DNA of 64,000 bases from Eledone cirrhosa (taxonomy: Eukaryota). Position 1 is the stretch's first letter, and the number at the start of each line of letters is the position of its first letter. Made by a program: the position numbers and the translations under genes. The DNA lies in assembly GCA_964016885.1 (NCBI GenBank), contig OZ024747.1, positions 29,140,001 through 29,204,000 on the forward strand. The letters run 5' to 3'. The notes under the pieces were generated by a model. The model had not been told where the DNA came from. It did no database searches and saw only the letters and a program-made list of their open reading frames with translations. Below are positions 51,601-60,707 of the stretch, piece by piece.

Positions 51601-52023
51601 CGGACATGTCCGAGATGCGCGCAGGGCGACGAAACCGTCCTGCACGCACTCGTCCAGTGTCCGAAAATTGCTGACTTGTGGGTTTATGTCGAACACCTGC
51701 TGTCGCGTTTAGGACGGATCCAGCTATCATCTGAGTCTATCGTGAGGATTGCCCCGCCCTCCTCCTTTAGCCGGGAAGGGCAGGCAGTTTTTATCTGTCT
51801 GGTGGCCATGGCGAAAGAGATAGTATGGTGGACACGTTTGAAAGGGCTGAAGACGAGCACTTACCTCTTCGGTGATGCTCTGATTGACTTTTTCAAATTT
51901 CATTTGAAAAGGAAAATCAGAGTAGAGAAGGAAGTGCTCTCTTCCCAGCATTTTGTTGAAAGATGGGTGAGAGAAGCAAGAATGGCCCGAGTGAATGGGC
52001 CGACTCTGAGTATATATCTGTAA
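48604..52023 (+). CDS. LINE ORF2 copy 3 (APE-RT)
   Basis: Intact 1139 aa, same motifs as copy 1. Confidence 0.95.
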   Translation: MTSLRIGSINARGLGSSWKQGHLLNDLRSLNIDVVAISETRISEARAFAPIFGGYDVYASPSRPGSGGGVAVLFRRGLDLAIRAIFLDPEGKLVVLDVTSGDGQAFRLVAVYAPTGAGRPDFFRRLETFLGTSRSLVLVGDWNGILDARWDCVGLADRGGGCKSLTNLLRRFELSDRYRLDFPNVPMWTWTNRIGSSRSYLDRVFCREIDRSSIGCPQFKIVSYTDHKFVICVLDLDRLHRRGPGYWKLNASLPARKAYRDRISELVKRALTGAIVNNKWWFALKRAIRIESIRFSKALAIEKNRAEGELVRKLDEALSKGIATDVLAAKLALDQFFNAKHEGCVVRARVRALRHEGTKAVQWARVAEARRGNKATIRSLVDQDGRMLLDPGQMCEAFQRHFAQLFGGSGGPGRGMDFSVYLDGLPRLSATEARCCEKPITAAEVREAMTGCTRGKSPGLDGLPYELYVQMPDLFGGLLADVYCNWQQNGRIPSSVSRGAVALLRKDPNKGDNIDNFRPITLLNTEFKILAKVLAKRLALVVGGLVGEAQTCAIPDRSIHDNLHLMRYIVERVAREPGTGGSLINLDQSKAFDRVDHRYLAAVLRAAGFGPVFRGWIAAMHSDICSVVRVNGHLSEPFNIMRSVRQGCPLSSLLYVLTLEPLLHKLETLRGVPRELGCGRSVSAYADDVTVVVSNAKHIEAIGTTLREYEAVTGAMINQEKSVGLQLGTWRGRSMPSNSVVGRWTDGPVKLLGVWFGPDLQTDKNWDEVTSRVASLTQKWAERKLSLKGRAEVANAYIASVICYRLTVVPCPKPRLTALERLLFRFLWKGRAPMVRRSICCQHPLRGGLGMPWLMMRRHALRLRHLHLFLDGDQVWSPFARRVFPQLVSLTELQSWVKRRPRGSAWRLECLQALTALDQSGNVIGGNSTSAFYRGLVEGKSDDVLGETLGVDENQLANLFGRTFGPGPMDNFQKSLAWQCYRGALPVRDKLYRHGGAVSRTCPRCAQGDETVLHALVQCPKIADLWVYVEHLLSRLGRIQLSSESIVRIAPPSSFSREGQAVFICLVAMAKEIVWWTRLKGLKTSTYLFGDALIDFFKFHLKRKIRVEKEVLSSQHFVERWVREARMARVNGPTLSIYL

Positions 52024-52522
52024 ACTAAAGGTGGAAAACTGGGAGAGGGCACTTGCCTTGGTGGTCAGGGTCATTGTGGCTTTTTACTGGGCTTTCTCCA
52101 CAAATGTCCCTCCGAAGTCTCCCCCCTATTGGGGAATTTTTCATTGTTATTTTCATTGTTATTTTTGTTACATCCTCTGTTTTTGTTTTTTTACACGCAG
52201 AAATGCCCATTTGTACCGTCCTGCATTGTCCTGCACTGTCCTTAATGTCTACTTTATGTAAACCCTTGTGGTTAATAAAGAAATCATTATTATTATTATT
52301 ATTATTATTGAATGCCATGGTTGACGGAGGCTCGGCTCTGTAAGGTATAGTAATTTTTAACCGTTAAAACAATTGTAAATTGTTTAAAACTTGAACCAAA
52401 TTGTTGATAAAGACACCCTCCTCCTCGTGAGAGGGGTCTTTCTGTCCGTTATTTGGCCCTTCGGGGTTAAATAGCCAGTTATTGGGGTTTTGTACCCAAA
52501 ATTTCATTTTAAACAAAAAAAC

Positions 52523-54619
52523 ATGGCTACCAAAAAGAAATTTCATACGTCACTCCCACTCATTCCGTCTTCTTCTTCCTCAATCATCACTACAGGAGAG
52601 AGAAGATTGTCTCTCTCCCTCCCTTCTTTAAATGTGTCTCTCTCCCTCCCTTCTCTTTCGCAAGCGACGAAAGAAAAGAAAAGTCTCGTGCAAAGCGTGC
52701 AAGGTTTCTCCACGACGACGACGACAGCGACGAAACAGGTGTGCGGGAAATACGAAAACCCAGTTCATTCGTCTGACGTCAGGAATAATAGCAGTAGCAG
52801 CCGTAATAACAACAGCAACAGTGACAATGAAAACAACAGTAGCAGCCGCAACAGCATCACCAGCAGCATAAACAACAACAGCATTAGCAGCAGCAACACC
52901 AACAACAACCACAGCAACAGCGGCGGAGGCAGTAGTCGTAGTACCTGCAGCAACAACAAAAGTACCAGCAGCTCTGACGACAACAACAACAGCAGAGAAA
53001 AACCAATCTCATTTGCAGGTATTGCGAAAAACCTGGAAACAATCCTCATAACAAATGAGGAATTAGAGGAAGCGAAGAAGATGGTGACAAAGAACGGACA
53101 CCGAGCAATCTGCAAGGCAGCGAAAAAATTTTTCGAAACCCAAGAGCACTGTACGGTCACGTACCGTACAGTAAGTACAAAATCCCGTAGGGTGGAAAGA
53201 GCCACAGAGGCCCAAATACAAAAAGCCTTGGGGTCTGTGTGGCAGAGGAAAACGCACATCACCCGAGGCAAAAAATACGCCACCGTAGACGTACTTTTTG
53301 CCACACCCCAGGAGGCAAAGGCCCAATCAGTAGTGACCCTAAGGAGCGAGGAAATGGTGTTGGTGCCCTCCTACTGCGGGCAAAAAATTGTGAGGGTCAA
53401 ACTGACCCACGTCCCCCACGGAATGACCCCTTCTTGGCTGGCCGCGTCTGTCCTCGTCGGAATCGAGGACAAAACAACTGTACTGCAAGTACAGAAAAAA
53501 GTAAGAGAAGATTGGGTCGGCTCCTCCATTGAGATGCTAATCCAAACCAACCAGGAGTGCATCGAAGCTATCCCGGATGTGATAGACTTCGATAACGGCA
53601 CTCAACTGCCCATAAGTGTTGAGGGCAAACGCCCGAAATGCTTTCGCTGTGGATCGAAGACTCACCTCAGGGCCTTCTGCAACGAGAAGACCCTGAGAAA
53701 GGAGAAAACCCCCCTCCTTCCGAATCCGGCTCCACGGCTACCAGCAACAGGACAAGCGGCAACCAGGAACGATAGGTCCGTGGCACCCATACCCACGCCA
53801 CGGAAATCAAAAACAGCAGCAGCAGTGGAAATATTAACAACAACAACAGCAATACCAAATGCAGCTGCAACAGAGACTCCAGTGCAAACATCACCAACAA
53901 CAACAAGTGAAAGAGTGGAGCTGGTACCCCTCCCCGACCTCACAGAATCAGACATGGAGTGTGAGGTGGGAGAGGGATGGCAAAAGGTCGCAAGAAGGCA
54001 CAAACGCAGAAGCAGCGCATCGTCGCCTTTGAAAAGGGAGGAAAGAAATGAGAAAAGGGTAAAGTCTACTGCAAAGAGACCCACAGCAGCAACACCACCA
54101 ACACCATCACCACCCACACCAGCACCACCATCACCACCGGCGACAACCCCACCGCCAACAACACCTTCAACACCACCACCACAAGCACCAACATCGCAAA
54201 CACAACAACAAAACACACACACCCAGCAACAACGACAAGAAGATAGAAGAACCACACCCCACCCCCAGAAAAACAAATGCACGGCAATAAACACACACAA
54301 CAAGAAACTAATGACTTACATAATTGAACACACAGACATTTCACAACAGGACTACATAATACCAGCACCAATCAAAACGCCAACTAACATAAGACTGCTA
54401 AAAATAGCACAGAAACAATACACAAACATTAAAACGAAATTCCCCAACGCAGTTGGTGATTTCAGGGACCTAGGAGGAACCATCAATCGAAGAGTATATT
54501 CAGACATTCTCTTAGAAGAGCCGACGACCAGCCGAAGGGACGATTCAACGGTCCCTTCACCAGACGATCAAGTGAAAAGGGATGTAAAAACCATCCCTCC
54601 TCTACCAAAAGTACGGTAA
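52523..54619 (+). CDS. LINE ORF1 copy 4
   Basis: Intact, CCHC knuckle present. Confidence 0.9.
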   Translation: MATKKKFHTSLPLIPSSSSSIITTGERRLSLSLPSLNVSLSLPSLSQATKEKKSLVQSVQGFSTTTTTATKQVCGKYENPVHSSDVRNNSSSSRNNNSNSDNENNSSSRNSITSSINNNSISSSNTNNNHSNSGGGSSRSTCSNNKSTSSSDDNNNSREKPISFAGIAKNLETILITNEELEEAKKMVTKNGHRAICKAAKKFFETQEHCTVTYRTVSTKSRRVERATEAQIQKALGSVWQRKTHITRGKKYATVDVLFATPQEAKAQSVVTLRSEEMVLVPSYCGQKIVRVKLTHVPHGMTPSWLAASVLVGIEDKTTVLQVQKKVREDWVGSSIEMLIQTNQECIEAIPDVIDFDNGTQLPISVEGKRPKCFRCGSKTHLRAFCNEKTLRKEKTPLLPNPAPRLPATGQAATRNDRSVAPIPTPRKSKTAAAVEILTTTTAIPNAAATETPVQTSPTTTSERVELVPLPDLTESDMECEVGEGWQKVARRHKRRSSASSPLKREERNEKRVKSTAKRPTAATPPTPSPPTPAPPSPPATTPPPTTPSTPPPQAPTSQTQQQNTHTQQQRQEDRRTTPHPQKNKCTAINTHNKKLMTYIIEHTDISQQDYIIPAPIKTPTNIRLLKIAQKQYTNIKTKFPNAVGDFRDLGGTINRRVYSDILLEEPTTSRRDDSTVPSPDDQVKRDVKTIPPLPKVR

Positions 54620-54654
54620 GTGGTCTTTCCCATCTTTTCCACTCTATTTTAAAC

Positions 54655-57600
54655 ATGACCTCACTCAGAATAGGCAGCATAAATGCGCGTGGCTTGGGGT
54701 CGTCATGGAAGCAGGGTCACCTGCTCAACGACCTCAGGTCACTAAACATAGATGTAGTGGCCATCAGCGAGACCAGAATCTCCGAAGCACGGGCCTTCGC
54801 ACCGATCTTCGGCGGCTACGATGTGTACGCATCTCCCAGCCGTCCTGGATCGGGTGGAGGAGTTGCTGTGCTTTTTCGGAGAGGTTTGGATCTCGCCATA
54901 CGGGCCATCTTCCTGGACCCAGAGGGTAAGCTGGTGGTGCTGGACGTGACCAGCGGAGACGGGCAAGCTTTCAGGCTAGTGGCCGTCTATGCCCCGACAG
55001 GAGCAGGGCGGCCTGATTTCTTCCGGCGTCTGGAGACCTTTCTTGGAACGTCCCGCTCTTTAGTGTTAGTGGGCGACTGGAACGGGATCTTAGATGCACG
55101 CTGGGACTGTGTGGGATTAGCGGATAGGGGTGGAGGGTGCAAGAGCCTCACCAACCTGCTCAGGCGTTTTGAAATGTCTGACAGGTACCGATTGGATTTC
55201 CCGAATGTGCCAATGTGGACTTGGACAAACCGCATAGGGTCATCCAGATCATATCTAGATAGAGTATTTTGTAGGGAAATAGATAGGTCTAGCATAGGCT
55301 GTCCACAATTCAAGATAGTCAGCTACACGGACCACAAATTCGTGACCTGTGTGCTTGACTTAGATAGGCTTCATAGACGAGGACCCGGCTACTGGAAGCT
55401 AAACGCGTCCTTACCAGCGCGCAAGGCCTACAGAGACCGGATTAGCGAACTAGTTAAGCGGGCGTTGACGGGGGCCATCGTCAACAACAAGTGGTGGTTT
55501 GCTCTGAAAAGAGCGATTAGAATAGAATCGATTAGATTTAGTAAGGCTTTAGCAATAGAGAAAAATAGAGCAGAGGGAGAACTAGTTAGAAAATTAGACG
55601 AGGCGCTTAGCAAAGGCATTGCGACCGACGTGCTTGCGGCGAAATTGGCCCTTGACCAATTCTTCAATGCAAAGCACGAAGGCTGCGTTGTCAGAGCAAG
55701 GGTGCGTGCTCTCAGACACGAGGGGACGAAAGCCGTTCAATGGGCCCGAGTGGCGGAGGCGCGTCGTGGCAACAAAGCCACGATCCGGTCTTTGGTGGAC
55801 CACGACGGGCGCATGCTACTCGATCCCGGGCAAATGTGTGAAGCTTTTCAGCGACACTTCGCTCAGCTGTTCGGGGGCAGCGGGGGGCCGGGTAGAGGGA
55901 TGGACTTTAGTGTCTACCTCGACGGACTGCCGCGGCTCTCGGCCACTGAGGCGAAGTGTTGCGAAAAGCCGATAACAGCCGCTGAAGTAAGGGAGGCAAT
56001 GACTGGCTGCACAAGGGGTAAATCGCCTGGTTTGGATGGTCTGCCCTATGAACTTTACGTACAGATGCCAGACTTGTTCGGAGGCCTCTTGGCGGACGTC
56101 TACTGCAACTGGCAACAGAACGGGAGAATTCCCAGTTCTGTGAGCCGAGGAGCGGTGGCACTGCTGAGAAAGGATCCGAACAAGGGGGATAACATAGACA
56201 ATTTCCGGCCCATAACTCTGCTAAACACAGAGTTTAAGATTTTGGCCAAGGTGCTAGCAAAGAGGTTGGCGCTTGTCGTTGGTGGTCTGGTGGGAGAGGC
56301 GCAGACATGCGCCATTCCCGACAGATCCATCCACGACAACCTCCACCTCATGCGATACATCGTAGAGAGGGTAGCTAGGGAACCTGGCACGGGTGGGTCC
56401 TTGATCAATTTAGATCAGTCGAAAGCTTTCGATAGGGTCGACCATCGTTACCTAGCGGCAGTCCTGAGGGCGGCTGGCTTTGGGCCCGTCTTCAGAGGCT
56501 GGATCGCTGCCATGCACAGCGACATCTGCTCTGTGGTGAGAGTGAACGGTCACCTGTCGGAACCGTTCAACATCATGCGCTCGGTCCGCCAAGGATGTCC
56601 CCTCTCGTCCCTCTTGTACGTATTGACTCTCGAGCCATTACTGCACAAACTGGAGACGTTGAGGGGAATCCCGCGCGAACTAGGATGCGGAAGATCCGTG
56701 TCAGCATATGCGGACGATGTCACCGTAGTGGTGTCGAACGCCAAACACATCGAGGCGATCGGCACTACACTAAGAGAATACGAAGCGGTGACAGGAGCAA
56801 TGATCAACCAGGAAAAGTCAGTGGGCCTGCAGCTCGGCACCTGGAGAGGCAGGTCCATGCCGTCCAACAGCGTCGTCGGGCGCTGGACGGACGGACCGGT
56901 TAAATTGCTAGGGGTCTGGTTCGGTCCGGACCTCCAGACGGACAAAAACTGGGACGAGGTGACGAGCAGGGTGGCTTCTCTCACCCAGAAATGGGCGGAG
57001 AGGAAGCTATCCCTGAAAGGTCGAGCGGAGGTGGCTAACGCGTACATCGCGTCTGTCATCTGCTACCGCCTAACCGTCGTACCTTGTCCTAAGCCTCGCC
57101 TGACTGCGCTGGAGCGTTTGCTCTTTCGCTTTTTGTGGAAGGGACGTGCTCCGATGGTCAGGCGGTCCATCTGTTGTCAACACCCGCTACGTGGAGGGCT
57201 GGGCATGCCGTGGCTGATGATGCGCAGGCACGCGCTCAGGCTACGAGATCTCCACCTCTTCCTCGACGGTGATCAGGTGTGGTCGCCGTTTGCTAGACGC
57301 GTTTTTCCCCAGCTCGTTTCCTTGACGGAGCTGCAGTCCTGGGTCAAGCGAAGACCGAGAGGGAGCGCCTGGAGACTGGAATGTCTTCAGGCGCTCACAG
57401 CCCTCGACCAATCGGGCAATGTGATCGGTGGAAACTCCACCTCGGCGTTCTATAGAGGATTAGTGGAGGGGAAGAGCGACGACGTACTTGGGGAAACTCT
57501 AGGCGTCGACGAAAATCAACTAGCCAATCTCTTCGGAAGAACTTTCGGGCCAGGGCCTATGGACAACTTCCAGAAATCTCTGGCCTGGCAGTGCTACCGA

Positions 57601-58074
57601 GGAGCCTTGCCAGTTCGGGATAAACTCTACAGGCATGGAGGTGCCGTCAGCCGGGCATGTCCGAGATGCGCGCAGGGCGACGAAACCGTCCTGCACGCAC
57701 TCGTCCAGTGTCCGAAAATTGCTGACTTGTGGGTTTATGTCGAACACCTGCTGTCGCGTTTGGGACGGATCCAGCTATCATCTGAGTCTATCGTGAGGAT
57801 TGCCCCGCCCTCCTCCTTTAGCCGGGAAGGGCAGGCAGTTTTTATCTGTCTGGTGGCCATGGCGAAAGAGATAGTATGGTGGACACGTTTGAAAGGGCTG
57901 AAGACGAGCACTTACCTCTTCGGTGATGCTCTGATTGACTTTTTCAAATTTCATTTGAAAAGGAAAATCAGAGTAGAGAAGGAAGTGCTCTCTTCCCAGC
58001 ATTTTGTTGAAAGATGGGTGAGAGAAGCAAGAATGGCCCGAGTGAATGGGCCGACTCTGAGTATATATCTGTAA
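54655..58074 (+). CDS. LINE ORF2 copy 4 (APE-RT)
   Basis: Intact 1139 aa. Confidence 0.95.
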   Translation: MTSLRIGSINARGLGSSWKQGHLLNDLRSLNIDVVAISETRISEARAFAPIFGGYDVYASPSRPGSGGGVAVLFRRGLDLAIRAIFLDPEGKLVVLDVTSGDGQAFRLVAVYAPTGAGRPDFFRRLETFLGTSRSLVLVGDWNGILDARWDCVGLADRGGGCKSLTNLLRRFEMSDRYRLDFPNVPMWTWTNRIGSSRSYLDRVFCREIDRSSIGCPQFKIVSYTDHKFVTCVLDLDRLHRRGPGYWKLNASLPARKAYRDRISELVKRALTGAIVNNKWWFALKRAIRIESIRFSKALAIEKNRAEGELVRKLDEALSKGIATDVLAAKLALDQFFNAKHEGCVVRARVRALRHEGTKAVQWARVAEARRGNKATIRSLVDHDGRMLLDPGQMCEAFQRHFAQLFGGSGGPGRGMDFSVYLDGLPRLSATEAKCCEKPITAAEVREAMTGCTRGKSPGLDGLPYELYVQMPDLFGGLLADVYCNWQQNGRIPSSVSRGAVALLRKDPNKGDNIDNFRPITLLNTEFKILAKVLAKRLALVVGGLVGEAQTCAIPDRSIHDNLHLMRYIVERVAREPGTGGSLINLDQSKAFDRVDHRYLAAVLRAAGFGPVFRGWIAAMHSDICSVVRVNGHLSEPFNIMRSVRQGCPLSSLLYVLTLEPLLHKLETLRGIPRELGCGRSVSAYADDVTVVVSNAKHIEAIGTTLREYEAVTGAMINQEKSVGLQLGTWRGRSMPSNSVVGRWTDGPVKLLGVWFGPDLQTDKNWDEVTSRVASLTQKWAERKLSLKGRAEVANAYIASVICYRLTVVPCPKPRLTALERLLFRFLWKGRAPMVRRSICCQHPLRGGLGMPWLMMRRHALRLRDLHLFLDGDQVWSPFARRVFPQLVSLTELQSWVKRRPRGSAWRLECLQALTALDQSGNVIGGNSTSAFYRGLVEGKSDDVLGETLGVDENQLANLFGRTFGPGPMDNFQKSLAWQCYRGALPVRDKLYRHGGAVSRACPRCAQGDETVLHALVQCPKIADLWVYVEHLLSRLGRIQLSSESIVRIAPPSSFSREGQAVFICLVAMAKEIVWWTRLKGLKTSTYLFGDALIDFFKFHLKRKIRVEKEVLSSQHFVERWVREARMARVNGPTLSIYL

Positions 58075-58575
58075 ACTAAAGGTGGAAAACTGGGAGAGGG
58101 CACTTGCCTTGGTGGTCAGGGTCATTGTGGCTTTTTACTGGGCTTTCTCCACAAATGTCCCTCCGAAGTCTCCCCCTATTGGGGAATTTTTCATTGTTAT
58201 TTTCATTGTTATTTTTGTTACATCCTCTGTTTTTGTTTTTTTACACGCAGAAATGCCCATTTGTACCGTCCTGCATTGTCCTGCACTGTCCTTAATGTCT
58301 ACTTTATGTAAACCCTTGTGGTTAATAAAGAAATCATTATTATTATTATTATTATTATTATTGAATGCCATGGTTGACGGAGGCTCGGCTCTGTAAGGTA
58401 TAGTAATTTTTAACCGTTAAAACAATTGTAAATTGTTTAAAACTTGAACCAAATTGTTGATAAAGACACCCTCCTCCTCGTGAGAGGGGTCTTTCTGTCC
58501 GTTATTTGGCCCTTCGGGGTTAAATAACCAGTTATTGGGGTTTTGTACCCAAAATTTCATTTTAAACAAAAAAAC

Positions 58576-60672
58576 ATGGCTACGAAAAAGAAATTTCATA
58601 CGTCACTCCCACTCATTCCGTCTTCTTCTTCCTCAATCATCACTACAGGAGAGAGAAGATTGTCTCTCTCCCTCCCTTCTTTAAATGTGTCTCTCTCCCT
58701 CCCTTCTCTTTCGCAAGCGACGAAAGAAAAGAAAAGTCTCGTGCAAAGCGTGCAAGGTTTCTCCACGACGACGACGACAGCGACGAAACAGGTGTGCGGG
58801 AAATACGAAAACCCAGTTCATTCGTCTGACGTCAGGAATAATAGCAGTAGCAGCCGTAATAACAACAGCAACAGTGACAATGAAAACAACAGTAGCAGCC
58901 GCAACAGCATCACCAGCAGCATAAACAACAACAGCATTAGCAGCAGCAACACCAACAACAACCACAGCAACAGCGGCGGAGGCAGTAGTCGTAGTACCTG
59001 CAGCAACAACAAAAGTACCAGCAGCTCTGACGACAACAACAACAGCAGAGAAAAACCAATCTCATTTGCAGGTATTGCGAAAAACCTGGAAACAATCCTC
59101 ATAACAAATGAGGAATTAGAGGAAGCGAAGAAGATGGTGACAAAGAACGGACACCGAGCAATCTGCAAGGCAGCGAAAAATTTTTTCGAAACCCAAGAGC
59201 ACTGTACGGTCACGTACCGTACAGTAAGTACAAAATCCCGTAGGGTGGAAAGAGCCACAGAGGCCCAAATACAAAAAGCCTTGGGGTCTGTGTGGCAGAG
59301 GAAAACGCACATCACCCGAGGCAAAAAATACGCCACCGTAGACGTACTTTTTGCCACACCCCAGGAGGCAAAGGCCCAATCAGTAGTGACCCTAAGGAGC
59401 GAGGAAATGGTGTTGGTGCCCTCCTACTGCGGGCAAAAAATTGTGAGGGTCAAACTGACCCACGTCCCCCCCGGAATGACCCCTTCTTGGCTGGCCGCGT
59501 CTGTCCTCGTCGGAATCGAGGACAAAACAACTGTACTGCAAGTACAGAAAAAAGTAAGAGAAGATTGGGTCGGCTCCTCCATTGAGATGCTAATCCAAAC
59601 CAACCAGGAGTGCATCGAAGCTATCCCGGATGTGATAGACTTCGATAACGGCACTCAACTGCCCATAAGTGTTGAGGGCAAACGCCCGAAATGCTTTCGC
59701 TGTGGATCGAAGACTCACCTCAGGGCCTTCTGCAACGAGAAGACCCTGAGAAAGGAGAAAACCCCCCTCCTCCCGAATCCGGTTCCACGGCTACCAGCAA
59801 CAGGACAAGCGGCAACCAGGAACGACAGGTCCGTGGCACCCATACCCACTCCACGGAAATCAAAGACAGCAGCAGCAGTGGAAATATTAACAACAACAAC
59901 AGCAATACCAAATGCAGCTGCAACAGAGACTCCAGTGCAAACATCACCAACAACAACAAGTGAAAGAGTGGAGCTGGTACCCCTCCCCGACCTTACAGAA
60001 TCAGACATGGAGTGTGAGGTGGGAGAGGGATGGCAAAAGGTCTCAAGAAGGCACAAACGCAGAAGCAGCGCATCGTCGCCTTTGAAAAGGGAGGAAAGAA
60101 ATGAGAAAAGGGTAAAGTCTACTGCAAAGAGACCCACAGCAGCAACACCACCAACACCATCACCACCCACACCAGCACCACCATCACCACCGGCGACAAC
60201 CCCACCGCCAACAACACCTTCAACACCACCACCACAAGCACCAACATCGCAAACACAACAACAAAACACACACACCCAGCAACAACGACAAGAAAATAGC
60301 AGAACCACACCCCACCCCCAGAAAAACAAATGCACGGCAATAAACACACACAACAAGAAACTAATGACTTACATAATTGAACACACAGACATTTCACAAC
60401 AGGACTACATAATACCAGCACCAATCAAAACGCCAACTAACATAAGACTGCTAAAAATAGCACAGAAACAATACACAAACATTAAAACGAAATTCCCCAA
60501 CGCAGTTGGTGATTTCAGGGACCTAGGAGGAACCATTAATCGAAGAGTATATTCAGACATTCTCTTAGAAGAGCCGACGACCAGCCGAAGGGACGATTCA
60601 ACGGTCCCTTCACCAGACGATCAAGTGAAAAGGGATGTAAAAACCATCCCTCCTCTACCAAAAATACGGTAA
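58576..60672 (+). CDS. LINE ORF1 copy 5
   Basis: Intact, CCHC knuckle present. Confidence 0.9.
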   Translation: MATKKKFHTSLPLIPSSSSSIITTGERRLSLSLPSLNVSLSLPSLSQATKEKKSLVQSVQGFSTTTTTATKQVCGKYENPVHSSDVRNNSSSSRNNNSNSDNENNSSSRNSITSSINNNSISSSNTNNNHSNSGGGSSRSTCSNNKSTSSSDDNNNSREKPISFAGIAKNLETILITNEELEEAKKMVTKNGHRAICKAAKNFFETQEHCTVTYRTVSTKSRRVERATEAQIQKALGSVWQRKTHITRGKKYATVDVLFATPQEAKAQSVVTLRSEEMVLVPSYCGQKIVRVKLTHVPPGMTPSWLAASVLVGIEDKTTVLQVQKKVREDWVGSSIEMLIQTNQECIEAIPDVIDFDNGTQLPISVEGKRPKCFRCGSKTHLRAFCNEKTLRKEKTPLLPNPVPRLPATGQAATRNDRSVAPIPTPRKSKTAAAVEILTTTTAIPNAAATETPVQTSPTTTSERVELVPLPDLTESDMECEVGEGWQKVSRRHKRRSSASSPLKREERNEKRVKSTAKRPTAATPPTPSPPTPAPPSPPATTPPPTTPSTPPPQAPTSQTQQQNTHTQQQRQENSRTTPHPQKNKCTAINTHNKKLMTYIIEHTDISQQDYIIPAPIKTPTNIRLLKIAQKQYTNIKTKFPNAVGDFRDLGGTINRRVYSDILLEEPTTSRRDDSTVPSPDDQVKRDVKTIPPLPKIR

Positions 60673-60707
60673 GTGGTCTTTCCCATCTTTTCCACTCTAT
60701 TTTAAAC